Part shown: positions 1 through 9,902 of the stretch, piece after piece
Layout of the letters: every line of letters begins with the position of its first letter
Position numbering within the stretch: position 1 is the stretch's first letter
IMG/VR virus record: IMGVR_UViG_3300045988_107225
From: a virus
Length of the DNA stretch: 64,000 nucleotides
Direction: 5' to 3' (one strand)
The notes under the pieces: model-generated
The model's database searches: none
What the model was told of the DNA's origin: nothing
What the model saw: only the letters and a program-made list of their open reading frames with translations
Made by a program: the position numbers and the translations under genes

Positions 1-18
1 CGCAAGGAGAAAGATCGC

Positions 19-171
19 ATGAGTTCCCAAACGGATTACGTTTGGGAAACAAAGAATGAAGAAATGTTTAAATACTTTGAGGCCAGGAGGACAAAAGTAT
101 TTTATAGTCAGATTCGTGCCATGTGTAGATTCTATGGCAAGAAAAATGTACGTAAATACAAAAAGTTATGA
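19..171 (+). CDS. small hypothetical protein (50 aa)
   Basis: ATG at 19; stop shares the ATGA overlap with the next gene start at 168; below ORF-track size cutoff. Confidence 0.25.
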   Translation: MSSQTDYVWETKNEEMFKYFEARRTKVFYSQIRAMCRFYGKKNVRKYKKL

Positions 172-977
172 TATTAAAAACGACAACCAACGAGTTTTGT
201 TTCATTAACGTAAGTTTCTATGAAACAATAGCAGATCCTCGATATTTCTTTGAACAAGATTATGAAGAGATGCCGGAATATGAGGAGGAATTAGATTTTG
301 ATTTTGATTCTTATTGCAATAAGTTTATTCCTTTTGTACAGGAATGGGCGAATAAGGTGGGCGAACGCCTTTATGAATATGGTGTGAATAACATAAAGGT
401 AATATCGGTCGGACATCCAAAAGATCGCAATTATGGTACTGATTGGATGGATGTAAGGATAGAGTTTTGTGATGAATGGAGGCAAAAGATGTTATCTAAC
501 ATTGGTAAGATTGTTAATGATGATAAATGCAAGAAGTATGCGGAGGCTAATTACCGGTCGGTATCAGGATACATCTTTTTAGGGCCTGAAGATTTAAAGG
601 AATTTGAAAAGGAAATAATAGAAAGAAAGTCAGATTCGGGATATGATGTAACAATATTGTTAAATATGTATCTAACTTTGGCTTTTGTAAAAGAATTTGG
701 ATTTAAAGCCGGAGAAGCATGGAGTGAAATAACAGAATATGCTTACGGATGTTTATCGTATTCCGATTTTGCAACAACAGAGATGCTTATACCGGAAGGT
801 TCGGAGCATTTATTCAAAGACATTTACACGGCAAAGGCCGACGAATTATATCATCATGTCCTGGATAAATTCGGATGGGCGTGGCGTGATCCGAAATATA
901 AGTCAGAAACAGAATTATGCGCGATGCTAAAGTGGGCAAAAGAAAAAGGCTTGACCATTGAAGAGTTAAGTATTTAA
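168..977 (+). CDS. hypothetical protein (269 aa)
   Basis: ORF track; ATG start; co-directional packing. Confidence 0.6.
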   Translation: MILKTTTNEFCFINVSFYETIADPRYFFEQDYEEMPEYEEELDFDFDSYCNKFIPFVQEWANKVGERLYEYGVNNIKVISVGHPKDRNYGTDWMDVRIEFCDEWRQKMLSNIGKIVNDDKCKKYAEANYRSVSGYIFLGPEDLKEFEKEIIERKSDSGYDVTILLNMYLTLAFVKEFGFKAGEAWSEITEYAYGCLSYSDFATTEMLIPEGSEHLFKDIYTAKADELYHHVLDKFGWAWRDPKYKSETELCAMLKWAKEKGLTIEELSI

Positions 978-1004
978 TTGTTAAACATAAGGCAGTAGTG
1001 GTGC

Positions 1005-1289
1005 GTGAGTATAGGTGCTGCCGTTAAAATATTTTATAAGATGAAAAAAGAAGAGATTCAAACTATTTTATACACAATCAAAGAAGGAGACAGTATTAAA
1101 ATCAAAGTACAAGACAAAAGTGAAGAGATAAGACTGCGGGATCATGTAAGAAGAGTACAGAAATACGGATACAGGTTTTGTTTGTCTCATTTACATGATG
1201 GAATTTTCTATCTGGAGAAGTTGAAAGAAGGGGATAAGGATAAATACTATAGAGTAATAAACAGAGGAAATGGAAAGACCGGAGTATAA
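1005..1289 (+). CDS. hypothetical protein (94 aa)
   Basis: ORF track; alternative in-frame ATG near 1041 (MKKEE). Confidence 0.45.
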   Translation: MSIGAAVKIFYKMKKEEIQTILYTIKEGDSIKIKVQDKSEEIRLRDHVRRVQKYGYRFCLSHLHDGIFYLEKLKEGDKDKYYRVINRGNGKTGV

Positions 1290-1563
1290 TAAGCTACGCA
1301 AAATGGCTAAGACTACTCCAGGTCTGATAGTGGACGAGGTGCAAAACATGATGCGTGTATCGCTGTATGATAATGGGGAACTTAAGAAGGTGGTAGTAGT
1401 AATGAAATGCGATTCTTTTTTACAGTCAAAAAGTAACATAGAAAAGATAATGTTATTATCATCTTCTATAGAAGATAGAAAAAACAAAGAAAAAAATAAA
1501 ACAAAATCAGAAAATGAACAGAATAACAAAAATAAGAGAAGAAATAGGAGGAAAACAGGTTGA
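1270..1563 (+). CDS. hypothetical protein with Lys/Asn-rich low-complexity C-terminus
   Basis: ORF track; overlaps next ORF by 50 nt. Confidence 0.35.
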   Translation: MERPEYNKLRKMAKTTPGLIVDEVQNMMRVSLYDNGELKKVVVVMKCDSFLQSKSNIEKIMLLSSSIEDRKNKEKNKTKSENEQNNKNKRRNRRKTG

Positions 1564-1897
1564 TTTGACCTTTTACGGGCGCTTTTGCAGCCTTATTGAA
1601 GGTGATAGAAAGATAATACTAAGGGCGATAAAAAACGGTCGAAAGAAGGGCGTAATAGGAGCCATTCAGCCTGGGAGGCATGATAGAATTTGGACCACAT
1701 GGTCTGTCGCTTTTGAGGATCTGAAGGTAGGGGATACGGTAGAGTTCAGTACATCTGGGAAATACAATCCAGGTTTTCATTCTACAGAAAAGTATGTAGG
1801 GTGTGTAGAATGGATAAAAGGATCGGAATGTGCGATAAAAACCGGTAAGGGAATAGCAGTAGTATTAATTAAACACGTGGAAAGGGTGGTAAAATAA
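1514..1897 (+). CDS. hypothetical protein (127 aa)
   Basis: ORF track. Confidence 0.5.
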   Translation: MNRITKIREEIGGKQVDLTFYGRFCSLIEGDRKIILRAIKNGRKKGVIGAIQPGRHDRIWTTWSVAFEDLKVGDTVEFSTSGKYNPGFHSTEKYVGCVEWIKGSECAIKTGKGIAVVLIKHVERVVK

Positions 1898-2178
1898 TGG
1901 ATTTAAGGATGTTTATAGACCTATTTCAGGAGATTGAGGTAGAGAACTTGTTTAAAGCGTTAGATTTATGTATGGAATATGTAAGATTAGATTTACATGT
2001 GTTTAATGTAGGAGCTCATGTAACATGTTCATACAGTAATGATCTTGAATCGCTTTCACAGGCAGAAGGTTGTAATGTGAATATGATAATAGAGGTGCCC
2101 TACTTGTTTGAAGCATTTATGGAATACGCTTCACCGGAACTGAAAGCTTATTATGATGAACTAACAAAAGAAGTATGA
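1897..2178 (+). CDS. hypothetical protein (93 aa)
   Basis: ORF track; start abuts previous stop. Confidence 0.5.
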   Translation: MDLRMFIDLFQEIEVENLFKALDLCMEYVRLDLHVFNVGAHVTCSYSNDLESLSQAEGCNVNMIIEVPYLFEAFMEYASPELKAYYDELTKEV

Positions 2179-2648
2179 AAGAGGAAGTAAAACGGATAAA
2201 GAAGTTGGTAGGCATAGATCATAACAGATGGGAGCAACCTTGTACATGTGATAAATGCAAGAACATGTGTAAGGTTCCTTGTATTGGTACGCCAAAAGAC
2301 ATAGAGGCTATCATAGATGCCGGATACGCTGACAGGTTAAAAGAAACAATGTGGATGGTAGGGTATCTTGCAGTGAAAGAAAAACCAATAGCGATGATCC
2401 AGCCGACAGAGAAAGACGGGTGGTGCGCATTCCGCCAGCCGGACGGTCTCTGCGAGCTGCATGACCGTGGACTAAAGCCGACCGAAGGAGTTCTGGCTTC
2501 TTGTAAGGTGATTGAAGAAGACAATGTCCCAACATATGAAACGTCTGTACTTAGAGCAGTAGCTCATGAGTGGGTTAAGGTGGAGAACTTTGGAGATATA
2601 ATGAGGGTCGTTTTTAAATTTTTGCATGAAAATGAACGTAGAAAATAA
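2175..2648 (+). CDS. cysteine-rich hypothetical protein (157 aa)
   Basis: ORF track; CTCDKCKNMCKVPC cluster; contains a GC-rich patch around 2400-2480. Confidence 0.55.
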   Translation: MKEEVKRIKKLVGIDHNRWEQPCTCDKCKNMCKVPCIGTPKDIEAIIDAGYADRLKETMWMVGYLAVKEKPIAMIQPTEKDGWCAFRQPDGLCELHDRGLKPTEGVLASCKVIEEDNVPTYETSVLRAVAHEWVKVENFGDIMRVVFKFLHENERRK

Positions 2649-3036
2649 ATTAGATAAAGTGGTTAAGATCCTAAAAGAAAAAGGATTTATTGTGTATAAG
2701 AAGGGCGGGAAAGAGCCAGGTGTGTTTTATGCTAAAGAAGGCGACAGTCGAATAGGATTCGTTTATCCCAACAACGGATATATATACGACAGGATAAAAA
2801 TGTGGTCTTTTTCAAGGGTGTATAAACCGCATAAGAAAACCGGGTCTTCGTGCTTAATGTGTGTCAGCGACGAATTTACGATAGAGAATGCGATTAAGAG
2901 CATAGAGGATAGACTGTGGGTAAATTATATAAAAGACGGTAACAGAAAACGACCAGAAGAATATAAAAACATAAGAGAATTTGTTGGTAGCTTCACTAAA
3001 TTCTACAACTCTGTAGAATTAGTTGAAGTTAAGTAG
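2626..3036 (+). CDS. hypothetical protein (136 aa)
   Basis: ORF track. Confidence 0.5.
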   Translation: MKMNVENKLDKVVKILKEKGFIVYKKGGKEPGVFYAKEGDSRIGFVYPNNGYIYDRIKMWSFSRVYKPHKKTGSSCLMCVSDEFTIENAIKSIEDRLWVNYIKDGNRKRPEEYKNIREFVGSFTKFYNSVELVEVK

Positions 3037-3109
3037 TTTTCCATGTAAGTTAGTTGCCGGCACTGGTCTGTGAAGATAGGTGTCGTTTTTTTAAGAAAGG
3101 AGGATAAAG

Positions 3110-3361
3110 ATGGAGAAAAGAGACAAGGAAATGCCTTACGAGGTAATCATACAGGAGAGAAACAAAGTGGATTTATACGGTAACGTAGTATATTATATCT
3201 ATTGGTTTGATAAATATGGGAACGATATTACAAACGAATGGAAATTCTGGAGCAAGGGTCCGAAAAAGAAATATGATAGAGTTAATCGTTATCTAACGGA
3301 TGATTGGCTGAAGAAATACTGTAAGAATGACAATTTAAAGATAAGGAGAATAAAGGAATGA
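3110..3361 (+). CDS. hypothetical protein (83 aa)
   Basis: ORF track; AAGGAGG 8 nt upstream of ATG. Confidence 0.6.
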   Translation: MEKRDKEMPYEVIIQERNKVDLYGNVVYYIYWFDKYGNDITNEWKFWSKGPKKKYDRVNRYLTDDWLKKYCKNDNLKIRRIKE

Positions 3362-3873
3362 AAACGATAAAAGTAGACAAAGTGGTTTTATATTACATGG
3401 ATCGGGTAGACCCTGACGGGAACTTATACCGGTTCTATATGTATAAAGGAATGGCATCTGAAATAGAATACTTTTGCACGGAAGAGGCAGGTAATATGAC
3501 CATACCAATCGGAGAAGGAAAGTATGTCAAGATCGTACCAAAAGAAATAGAGAGAATACCGGTAAGGGGATATAGGAAGCTTGCTGGAATATGGAATTGT
3601 GAAACATGTAACGGAAAGGGATGGTATAGGCTTTTTAATTATTTCAAATACAAGCCGACCCTATGTTATTTTAAAAAAGCGGGACATGATGAAAATGGGA
3701 ACACAAGATACGAAATATCATTATTTAATGCCACTATGAATGTGACAAGGTATTTTAATCTGTGGAGAATGAAGCCAGGAAAGCATGCTATGATAACAAA
3801 CGAGTGTGGCGCCTTGGATATTATAAAAGAAAAATTTGACAACATAAATATAGTGGAATATGGATCTAAATAA
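3358..3873 (+). CDS. hypothetical protein (171 aa)
   Basis: ORF track; ATGA overlap with upstream gene. Confidence 0.6.
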   Translation: MKTIKVDKVVLYYMDRVDPDGNLYRFYMYKGMASEIEYFCTEEAGNMTIPIGEGKYVKIVPKEIERIPVRGYRKLAGIWNCETCNGKGWYRLFNYFKYKPTLCYFKKAGHDENGNTRYEISLFNATMNVTRYFNLWRMKPGKHAMITNECGALDIIKEKFDNINIVEYGSK

Positions 3874-4228
3874 ATTGTATAAAGAAATAGAAGAAGCAGA
3901 GGTCAGTCTGAATGCAAAAAGATTAAAGTACATCAAAGAAGCATTAGCAGAAAACAATGGAATTATAAAGCTAAAATTCAAAGAATTTAAAGAGTTTAAA
4001 GAAACTAATGATGCGTTTGACTTTGATGATCAGTTTCCGGTGATAATAGAAATTAATGGGATTCCTATGTTTTTAACGGAGGTGTATGTCAAAAAAAACG
4101 ATTTTCGTATAGTTCTGCTGGATTATGATGATATGACTTTAGGTGATTATGATAATACAGGGGAAAATGAACAGGTTGCTTATTTTATTAACTATTGTTT
4201 AAATCAAGACAAAGATGGGAAAGAGTAG
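3860..4228 (+). CDS. hypothetical acidic protein (122 aa)
   Basis: ORF track. Confidence 0.55.
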   Translation: MDLNKLYKEIEEAEVSLNAKRLKYIKEALAENNGIIKLKFKEFKEFKETNDAFDFDDQFPVIIEINGIPMFLTEVYVKKNDFRIVLLDYDDMTLGDYDNTGENEQVAYFINYCLNQDKDGKE

Positions 4229-4403
4229 AAATGATTATGAGAAGTTTCTTAACTCAATATCTCCAGATAGAGACGATGAGGCATGGATCATTGGAGGGAA
4301 AAACAGGTATTGTGGTAGAGAGAATTATGGTACTATGATCAAAAGGTATGATCCTATTGGTTTTAATGTAGGGTACAGAGAGTGGGCAGAACAGCCAGAG
4401 TAA
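4215..4403 (+). CDS. hypothetical protein (62 aa)
   Basis: ORF track. Confidence 0.45.
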   Translation: MGKSRNDYEKFLNSISPDRDDEAWIIGGKNRYCGRENYGTMIKRYDPIGFNVGYREWAEQPE

Positions 4404-4454
4404 GGTGGCGCCCGCCCTGCCATGAGGTCGGCCTGGCTGTCTGTGGCCAGGGCC
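4404..4454. other. 51-bp GC-rich intergenic element immediately after the stop at 4401-4403
   Basis: GGTGGCGCCCGCCCTGCC ... GGCCTGGCTGTCTGTGGCCAGGGCC with imperfect internal pairing; stands out against AT-rich flanks. Confidence 0.3.
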
Positions 4455-4496
4455 GTATATTAGTCAGATAGTGAACGACGAAAACAATACAAATAT

Positions 4497-4976
4497 TTGT
4501 TAATTATGAGAGTAGAAGATTTAACGAAGTTTGAAGGGGAATGTCCTACTATAGTAGTATTTAGCACATATATGGATATACGGATTCCTTTAACAAAGAA
4601 ATGGAAGAAAATCATTAATGAGAAAGAAGATAAACCAAACACATATCATAATAATCTGATTGATTATATTTCAGAACAGATAGAGTTGTCCGGATTCAAC
4701 ATGAAAAGCATCGGGAACCTGTTAATAAAGAAAATAGTTTTCAATGAAAACAATTACTACAGGTATAACAACATAGAAGGATTCCCGATAACTATCAACG
4801 ATTTGGGATATTGGAATAAAAACAGAGTAAGGCTAAATGAAGATTTTCACACTGTTAGGCTGTTTAATACGGTAAGTGTATATGGATTGATATTTGGATC
4901 CATAAAACAAAATAATTTCATTATGCTTGAAAACGATATAATGCAGATCAAGGTTGGAGGAATAACTTACATCTAA
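4497..4976 (+). CDS. hypothetical protein (159 aa)
   Basis: ORF track. Confidence 0.55.
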   Translation: MLIMRVEDLTKFEGECPTIVVFSTYMDIRIPLTKKWKKIINEKEDKPNTYHNNLIDYISEQIELSGFNMKSIGNLLIKKIVFNENNYYRYNNIEGFPITINDLGYWNKNRVRLNEDFHTVRLFNTVSVYGLIFGSIKQNNFIMLENDIMQIKVGGITYI

Positions 4977-4987
4977 AGAAATAAATC

Positions 4988-5482
4988 ATGAAGCTATTAT
5001 ACTTAGTAGAGTCAGGAGAATCGAAGTTTCTTGTCTTCGACGAAATGCCTGATAAAATTAGCACAAAGTACGGAGATGACACCATTATTGGAAGAATAGG
5101 AGGTATATTCTATGATTTCCTTGCAAAGAGAAATGGGAGAAGAGAAGCTTTCGGAGGTAGAAAGTTCGATATCATACTTGACAACGGAAAGGTAGAGAAG
5201 TGTGAAGGACAATGGTGGGATGCGGTGACAGACAGAGCCAAGGAAGAATTGGAAAAAGAAGGGAATCCATTTTCTAAGATGATGTTGATCGGTGTTTCTT
5301 CAGTAGATAGATTATTGGATTGCTATGTGTATTGCGGGCTATGGGCATCCGAAAGCAAGATTGAAGAAATGATAGCTGATTACAAAGGTCGTATATATGA
5401 GTATTACGAATTTAAGGAAGAGGTCATTAATAGGATAAATGAGACCATTAGAAAATCATATATTCAATCTTGGAAAGAATAG
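4988..5482 (+). CDS. hypothetical protein (164 aa)
   Basis: ORF track. Confidence 0.6.
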   Translation: MKLLYLVESGESKFLVFDEMPDKISTKYGDDTIIGRIGGIFYDFLAKRNGRREAFGGRKFDIILDNGKVEKCEGQWWDAVTDRAKEELEKEGNPFSKMMLIGVSSVDRLLDCYVYCGLWASESKIEEMIADYKGRIYEYYEFKEEVINRINETIRKSYIQSWKE

Positions 5483-5497
5483 ATAATACGTTCTGGG

Positions 5498-5743
5498 ATG
5501 AGGCAGAAAAAGAAAGACGTGTTTGAATCACCAGATGGGCTGTATCTCAAGATAGTATATGAGAACAAAGCGTTTATGCCATATAGACCTATAAAAGAAA
5601 CCCAGGATTTACCTATAGATGCAAAGTACATACCGCTTCTTACAAGGATATTTGGAGAGAACATACTTGCGGAGATAGGAGGAGGTAAGATATTTATAAC
5701 TACCGGGAAATACGCTGTAAATTTTTGGTGCTGGGGAAAATAA
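5498..5743 (+). CDS. hypothetical protein (81 aa)
   Basis: ORF track. Confidence 0.5.
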   Translation: MRQKKKDVFESPDGLYLKIVYENKAFMPYRPIKETQDLPIDAKYIPLLTRIFGENILAEIGGGKIFITTGKYAVNFWCWGK

Positions 5744-5793
5744 AATTATGTATATAGTTATATTGCTGAATTTTAATCTATAAATAAAACAAT

Positions 5794-6489
5794 ATGGAAA
5801 GAAAAGTATCAGTTTACCCGTTCCTCTTTGGAACAAGGGTATTTATGCACAGAAACGGAGTGATTCGTGAAGCAGAATATCGCGGCATGAGAATAAAAGA
5901 TACCGGTATTTGTGGAAACAACGTGGATACCGAACATATCTTTTGGTTTGGCAGCAAATTGGGAGAGGAAAAATTTAAGGTAAGTATGCCCATATACAAA
6001 ACCGCTGAAGATGCAGCACAAGAAACCAATCCTGTACAATATGAGGTGTTGAATATAGAGTCTTTTTCTTTAAAATACTTACCGTATCTTGTCTGGGATG
6101 GCATACAGTTCTGTGGTTGGCTATGGGATGGTTCAAGACCGGTAAAGAGAGCAACACGGGAACCTTTAAGGGTTTGCAAAATTTATGGAGGTAAAGTTAC
6201 CTTCGTTGATTATAGCGGAAACGAGTATTATGCCGAACACTTTCGGCGATTCTATCAAACCGCAAAACAATGTCGGGAGGCAAACAAACCAAAAATTGTC
6301 ATGCTGGATGAAGAAGGGGATGATTTTGCAAAACAGAAGCATGATGAGTTTTATGCTTACGTCAAACATCATTGTCCCGGCTTTGAGGATAAAATCGAGT
6401 GGGAATATTTCCAAGCATATAAAACTATGCCGTGGAATCTGTCTCAACAAGTAAAGTTTTGGAGTAATTATGGAATTGCCTTTAAATAG
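5794..6489 (+). CDS. hypothetical protein (231 aa)
   Basis: ORF track. Confidence 0.6.
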   Translation: MERKVSVYPFLFGTRVFMHRNGVIREAEYRGMRIKDTGICGNNVDTEHIFWFGSKLGEEKFKVSMPIYKTAEDAAQETNPVQYEVLNIESFSLKYLPYLVWDGIQFCGWLWDGSRPVKRATREPLRVCKIYGGKVTFVDYSGNEYYAEHFRRFYQTAKQCREANKPKIVMLDEEGDDFAKQKHDEFYAYVKHHCPGFEDKIEWEYFQAYKTMPWNLSQQVKFWSNYGIAFK

Positions 6490-6496
6490 TTAGTAT

Positions 6497-6811
6497 ATGA
6501 CATTTAAAGAATTTATGCAAGAGAACGGCTATGACCTGATAACTACCTTTTGGGAAGATTTCAGCATAGCCGACAAGTATGGTATAGCAGGTGTCAAAGA
6601 TACCTACAAACGTGCGTTCAGCGAATGGAAAGACGATTATAAGTTCTTTACAGAATTGACGCTGGTATTGAATCATAAAATCTGGCAACATTATAAAAGC
6701 AATCGTGAACTGGCTGCATTGTATGACCGGTTGTGGCGGGAAGCTGACGAGTATGCCATGAACAACTTTAAGGGAGAAGAACTTGATTATTATTACAGAA
6801 TAACAGATTAG
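6497..6811 (+). CDS. hypothetical protein (104 aa)
   Basis: ORF track. Confidence 0.55.
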   Translation: MTFKEFMQENGYDLITTFWEDFSIADKYGIAGVKDTYKRAFSEWKDDYKFFTELTLVLNHKIWQHYKSNRELAALYDRLWREADEYAMNNFKGEELDYYYRITD

Positions 6812-6813
6812 CT

Positions 6814-6993
6814 ATGTTATATCCGTTTTCATTGACGCTTGATTTATATATACAAGCCGAATCGTTTGAAGAAGCCAAGAAATTAGCGGAAGCATACGTT
6901 CAAGATGCTTCGTTAGATACGACTGACTATCCGGAAATAGTGCAGGATGTGTTGGAAGTAGCAGAGTATGGGATTATTGATGTAGAACAATAA
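6814..6993 (+). CDS. small hypothetical acidic protein (59 aa)
   Basis: ATG at 6814 and stop at 6991-6993 fill the gap between neighbouring genes; below ORF-track cutoff. Confidence 0.35.
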   Translation: MLYPFSLTLDLYIQAESFEEAKKLAEAYVQDASLDTTDYPEIVQDVLEVAEYGIIDVEQ

Positions 6994-6999
6994 ACAATC

Positions 7000-7320
7000 A
7001 TGGAAGCGAAAATCAAAATAGCTGTATTATGTTTTGATGTCTCAGATATTGATATTATCACGGTAAACAACAGATTAATGGAAACACTAAAACAGAATAT
7101 AGATCTTCCAGAAAAAGAAAAGTTGAGAAGATTGAAGGAAGCCAAGGGAGGGACATGGTATGACGGATGGCGACCATACTGTATGATGTGCAACAGAAGT
7201 GACAGGATGGTTAGTGAACCTTATGGTTTTAAGTGTCCACAGTGTGGGAATATGATAGGATTTAATCTAAAGAGATTGAAGGAATCACCATTAAATAATG
7301 CTTCCAAGGAGGTTATTTGA
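7000..7320 (+). CDS. zinc-ribbon protein (106 aa)
   Basis: ORF track; C-x2-C ... C-x2-C (CMMCN...CPQCG). Confidence 0.55.
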   Translation: MEAKIKIAVLCFDVSDIDIITVNNRLMETLKQNIDLPEKEKLRRLKEAKGGTWYDGWRPYCMMCNRSDRMVSEPYGFKCPQCGNMIGFNLKRLKESPLNNASKEVI

Positions 7321-7359
7321 TACAAGATGTGAAATATAATAAACAAAAAAAATAGCGAA

Positions 7360-7644
7360 ATGAAAGAATTTATATTTGAAGTAGAAAGAAGGGTTTATGG
7401 ATGGATGAAAGATAGATTATCCATTGAAGCAGAAACACCAGAAGAGGCTTTGGAAAAGCTTAAAGAAATGGCAGAGGATGGAACCAAAAATGGATGGGAT
7501 GAAGATAGGGTCGGATTAGAGAGCTCTGAATTTGACTATTATGAGGTAGAGTATCCTACTGTGGAAGAAAATAAGGGAGCTACAATTTTTATTTCACATT
7601 TAGATTCTTGTTTAGGATGGGATAATGAGGAGGAAGAAAAATGA
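7360..7644 (+). CDS. hypothetical acidic protein (94 aa)
   Basis: ORF track. Confidence 0.5.
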   Translation: MKEFIFEVERRVYGWMKDRLSIEAETPEEALEKLKEMAEDGTKNGWDEDRVGLESSEFDYYEVEYPTVEENKGATIFISHLDSCLGWDNEEEEK

Positions 7645-8093
7645 AAGGAACGATAGTAACAGGTAGCCTGATTGTATTCAGCGACGGATTTGTTTGGAAA
7701 AGATTGTCCAACGAAAAAGCCTACAAGATATGGGTGTCGGCAGAAAATGAAGATTTTGAGTTATACAAGGTGAGGGTAGATGATGAGTCTGAGTCATTGA
7801 TAGAGAGTCTTGAAGACTTGCAGGACGCCTTTAAACAAGATCATCATGTATGTATAGAAGTAGGTAAGCTACCATATAGCATTGGTTTAAATTACTTACG
7901 AAATCTGCAAGAGTTATCGGTGGAAGCTGTGGAGTATCTAACAGGACCAAAAGAATATAGCAGGGAACAGGCATTTAACATCATTCGAGAGTGGGCTAAA
8001 GAGTTTACAGAGAAATATGGGAATTATGATTTCGATGGATCATACTATGATGAAATAGATGAATTTATTGATAAAAAGTTAGGAACTATTTAA
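7641..8093 (+). CDS. hypothetical protein (150 aa)
   Basis: ORF track; ATGA overlap. Confidence 0.55.
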   Translation: MKGTIVTGSLIVFSDGFVWKRLSNEKAYKIWVSAENEDFELYKVRVDDESESLIESLEDLQDAFKQDHHVCIEVGKLPYSIGLNYLRNLQELSVEAVEYLTGPKEYSREQAFNIIREWAKEFTEKYGNYDFDGSYYDEIDEFIDKKLGTI

Positions 8094-8104
8094 AATATAA
8101 AGAC

Positions 8105-8914
8105 ATGGAAGACGATCTTATTACAACAAAAGAAGTAGGCGATTATCGCATTAAAGTGTATTATTGTCATGATTCAGAATGCCCTATAACTAATTGGGGT
8201 TTGTTTGGGTCATTCTTTTTTGAATACTCTGATACGCATCGATTGCATGATGAATGCGATTGGAAAAATTTCTTCTACGATAACAAGCATGATCTTAGAG
8301 ATGTTATTGATGCTATTGTAATGAAGCATATAAAACAGAAAGACATTGTAAAATATTTAAAGAAAGGGGAAGCGAATGAGATCTCATTTACATACAACAG
8401 AGGTGACAATGTATGGGAGTTGAAGCATAAGACAAGTCCATATATAGGTCAAGAGTTTTTTCCAAGTGATTTGACGGACTTTGATTACAGAGGAGAATTA
8501 ATAGAGGATCTGGATGACGAAGATTTGTTAGATATCATATCCAAATACGGAAAAGATGTGGTGGCTATAGAGTGGTCAACAAGGGGTTATAGTCAAGGTG
8601 ATTATATAAAAGGGATAGCATACGCTACAAGAGAAAAATATGATAATGAAGTCTGCGACAAAGAAGGAGATTGGAAAGAAGATTGTGCCAAGATTATAGA
8701 TGATGAAGTAAAGTCCATAGGTATGTGGATGTGGGGAGATGTAAAAGGGTACGTTCTTGAAAAGAAGGTAGCATTTACCAAGAAATACAAAGACGAATCA
8801 AGGGAGGATGAAGATTGTGAAGAATGGGAAGAGGTTGATTCTTGCTGGGGATGTTACGAGGAGACAGATGAATTGATAAAGGAAGTCATGATAGAGAATG
8901 GCTTAGAAGAATAG
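8105..8914 (+). CDS. hypothetical protein with acidic C-terminus (269 aa)
   Basis: ORF track. Confidence 0.6.
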   Translation: MEDDLITTKEVGDYRIKVYYCHDSECPITNWGLFGSFFFEYSDTHRLHDECDWKNFFYDNKHDLRDVIDAIVMKHIKQKDIVKYLKKGEANEISFTYNRGDNVWELKHKTSPYIGQEFFPSDLTDFDYRGELIEDLDDEDLLDIISKYGKDVVAIEWSTRGYSQGDYIKGIAYATREKYDNEVCDKEGDWKEDCAKIIDDEVKSIGMWMWGDVKGYVLEKKVAFTKKYKDESREDEDCEEWEEVDSCWGCYEETDELIKEVMIENGLEE

Positions 8915-8920
8915 GTTATA

Positions 8921-9013
8921 ATGGCTGATAGTGACGGACGCCACAGGAGACAGGTGGGTAAAGTGCGAAGAGCTCCGGTTCAGGGGAGACGGGGCCTGCT
9001 TTGCGTGGCGTAA
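8921..9013 (+). other. GC-rich intergenic element that could encode a 30-aa Arg-rich peptide (MADSDGRHRRQVGKVRRAPVQGRRGLLCVA) or a small RNA
   Basis: ATG at 8921 and TAA at 9011-9013 read directly; composition unlike neighbouring genes. Confidence 0.25.
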
Positions 9014-9058
9014 GGCTACAGTAGATGAAATTGTTGAACATTTTAAAAACAGATAATT

Positions 9059-9472
9059 ATGGGATATATATGTACAAGATGTGGTGGAACAAATGTTGTC
9101 TGTGAAGCCATAGTAAATCCGAATACTGGAAAAATAATAGATTATCTTGATGAATCTTTCATGCATGCTATTTGCTCGAATTGTGAAAACGAGGTGATAA
9201 TATCCAACATTGAAGGAGTCAAACATGAAATTGATTTAAGGTTTCATGAATTTGTAGAAAAAACAGGTAAGGAGCCTGAATATGTAGAATGTCAGATTGT
9301 GTGGAAAGAGACAGGAGACGATAAAAGAACGACAATCAAACTATCGCTGAGTATCAACGATGATGATAATGATGATGTTTTTTATTATTGTAATGGAATA
9401 GAATCGTTTAAGCAACTTACTGAATACGGAATGGGAGAATTTATCGTAACATTTTGTTGGAGTTTCTTTTAA
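9059..9472 (+). CDS. zinc-ribbon protein (137 aa)
   Basis: ORF track; CTRCGG ... CSNCENE. Confidence 0.55.
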   Translation: MGYICTRCGGTNVVCEAIVNPNTGKIIDYLDESFMHAICSNCENEVIISNIEGVKHEIDLRFHEFVEKTGKEPEYVECQIVWKETGDDKRTTIKLSLSINDDDNDDVFYYCNGIESFKQLTEYGMGEFIVTFCWSFF

Positions 9473-9509
9473 GAAACATATGTAGTTATCATTTTTAATA
9501 ACATATCTT

Positions 9510-9902
9510 ATGAAAACACAAGAAGAATATGCCCATGAAATTGATGAAATCGTTCGCCGGGATGTAGAGAGCTGCCAGAGTGACTGGTTTATAATCGACA
9601 AGGAGATATTTATGCAGCCAGAGAATAAGAACAAGGCATTTATTTTGGGGACAAGAAAGACCGGGTGCGATATGATCGTACTTGGCGGTACTAATTGCAG
9701 TGGATCCAATATGGATTGGCTTTTCGGTTGCCTTGACAATGAAAACTTCTATGTATGCCAGCCAGTATCTTTCTATAAATCACAACAAGAAATCCAGAAA
9801 GTAAATCCGCTTTATGCTTTCAAGGTGGCCACTGCTTATTTTAGAGAACAAGGGAAGGTTCCGGTATTTGAAGATAGTAACTGTAGATTAATAAAACTAT
9901 GA
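9510..9902 (+). CDS. hypothetical protein (130 aa)
   Basis: ORF track. Confidence 0.55.
   Translation: MKTQEEYAHEIDEIVRRDVESCQSDWFIIDKEIFMQPENKNKAFILGTRKTGCDMIVLGGTNCSGSNMDWLFGCLDNENFYVCQPVSFYKSQQEIQKVNPLYAFKVATAYFREQGKVPVFEDSNCRLIKL

Noticed and set aside
1270-1897. Programmed -1 frameshift joining ORFs 1270-1563 and 1514-1897 across an A-rich slippery stretch
   Set aside because: The overlap is explained by a low-complexity Lys/Asn tail. There is no canonical X XXY YYZ heptamer with a downstream structure, and overlapping starts are the norm here.
8921-9013. Possible tRNA in the GC-rich gap, and GTTCGAAAT-like strings elsewhere (for example around 28020)
   Set aside because: No acceptor, D, anticodon and T-arm arrangement can be drawn. 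The T-loop-like strings lie inside well-supported ORFs.
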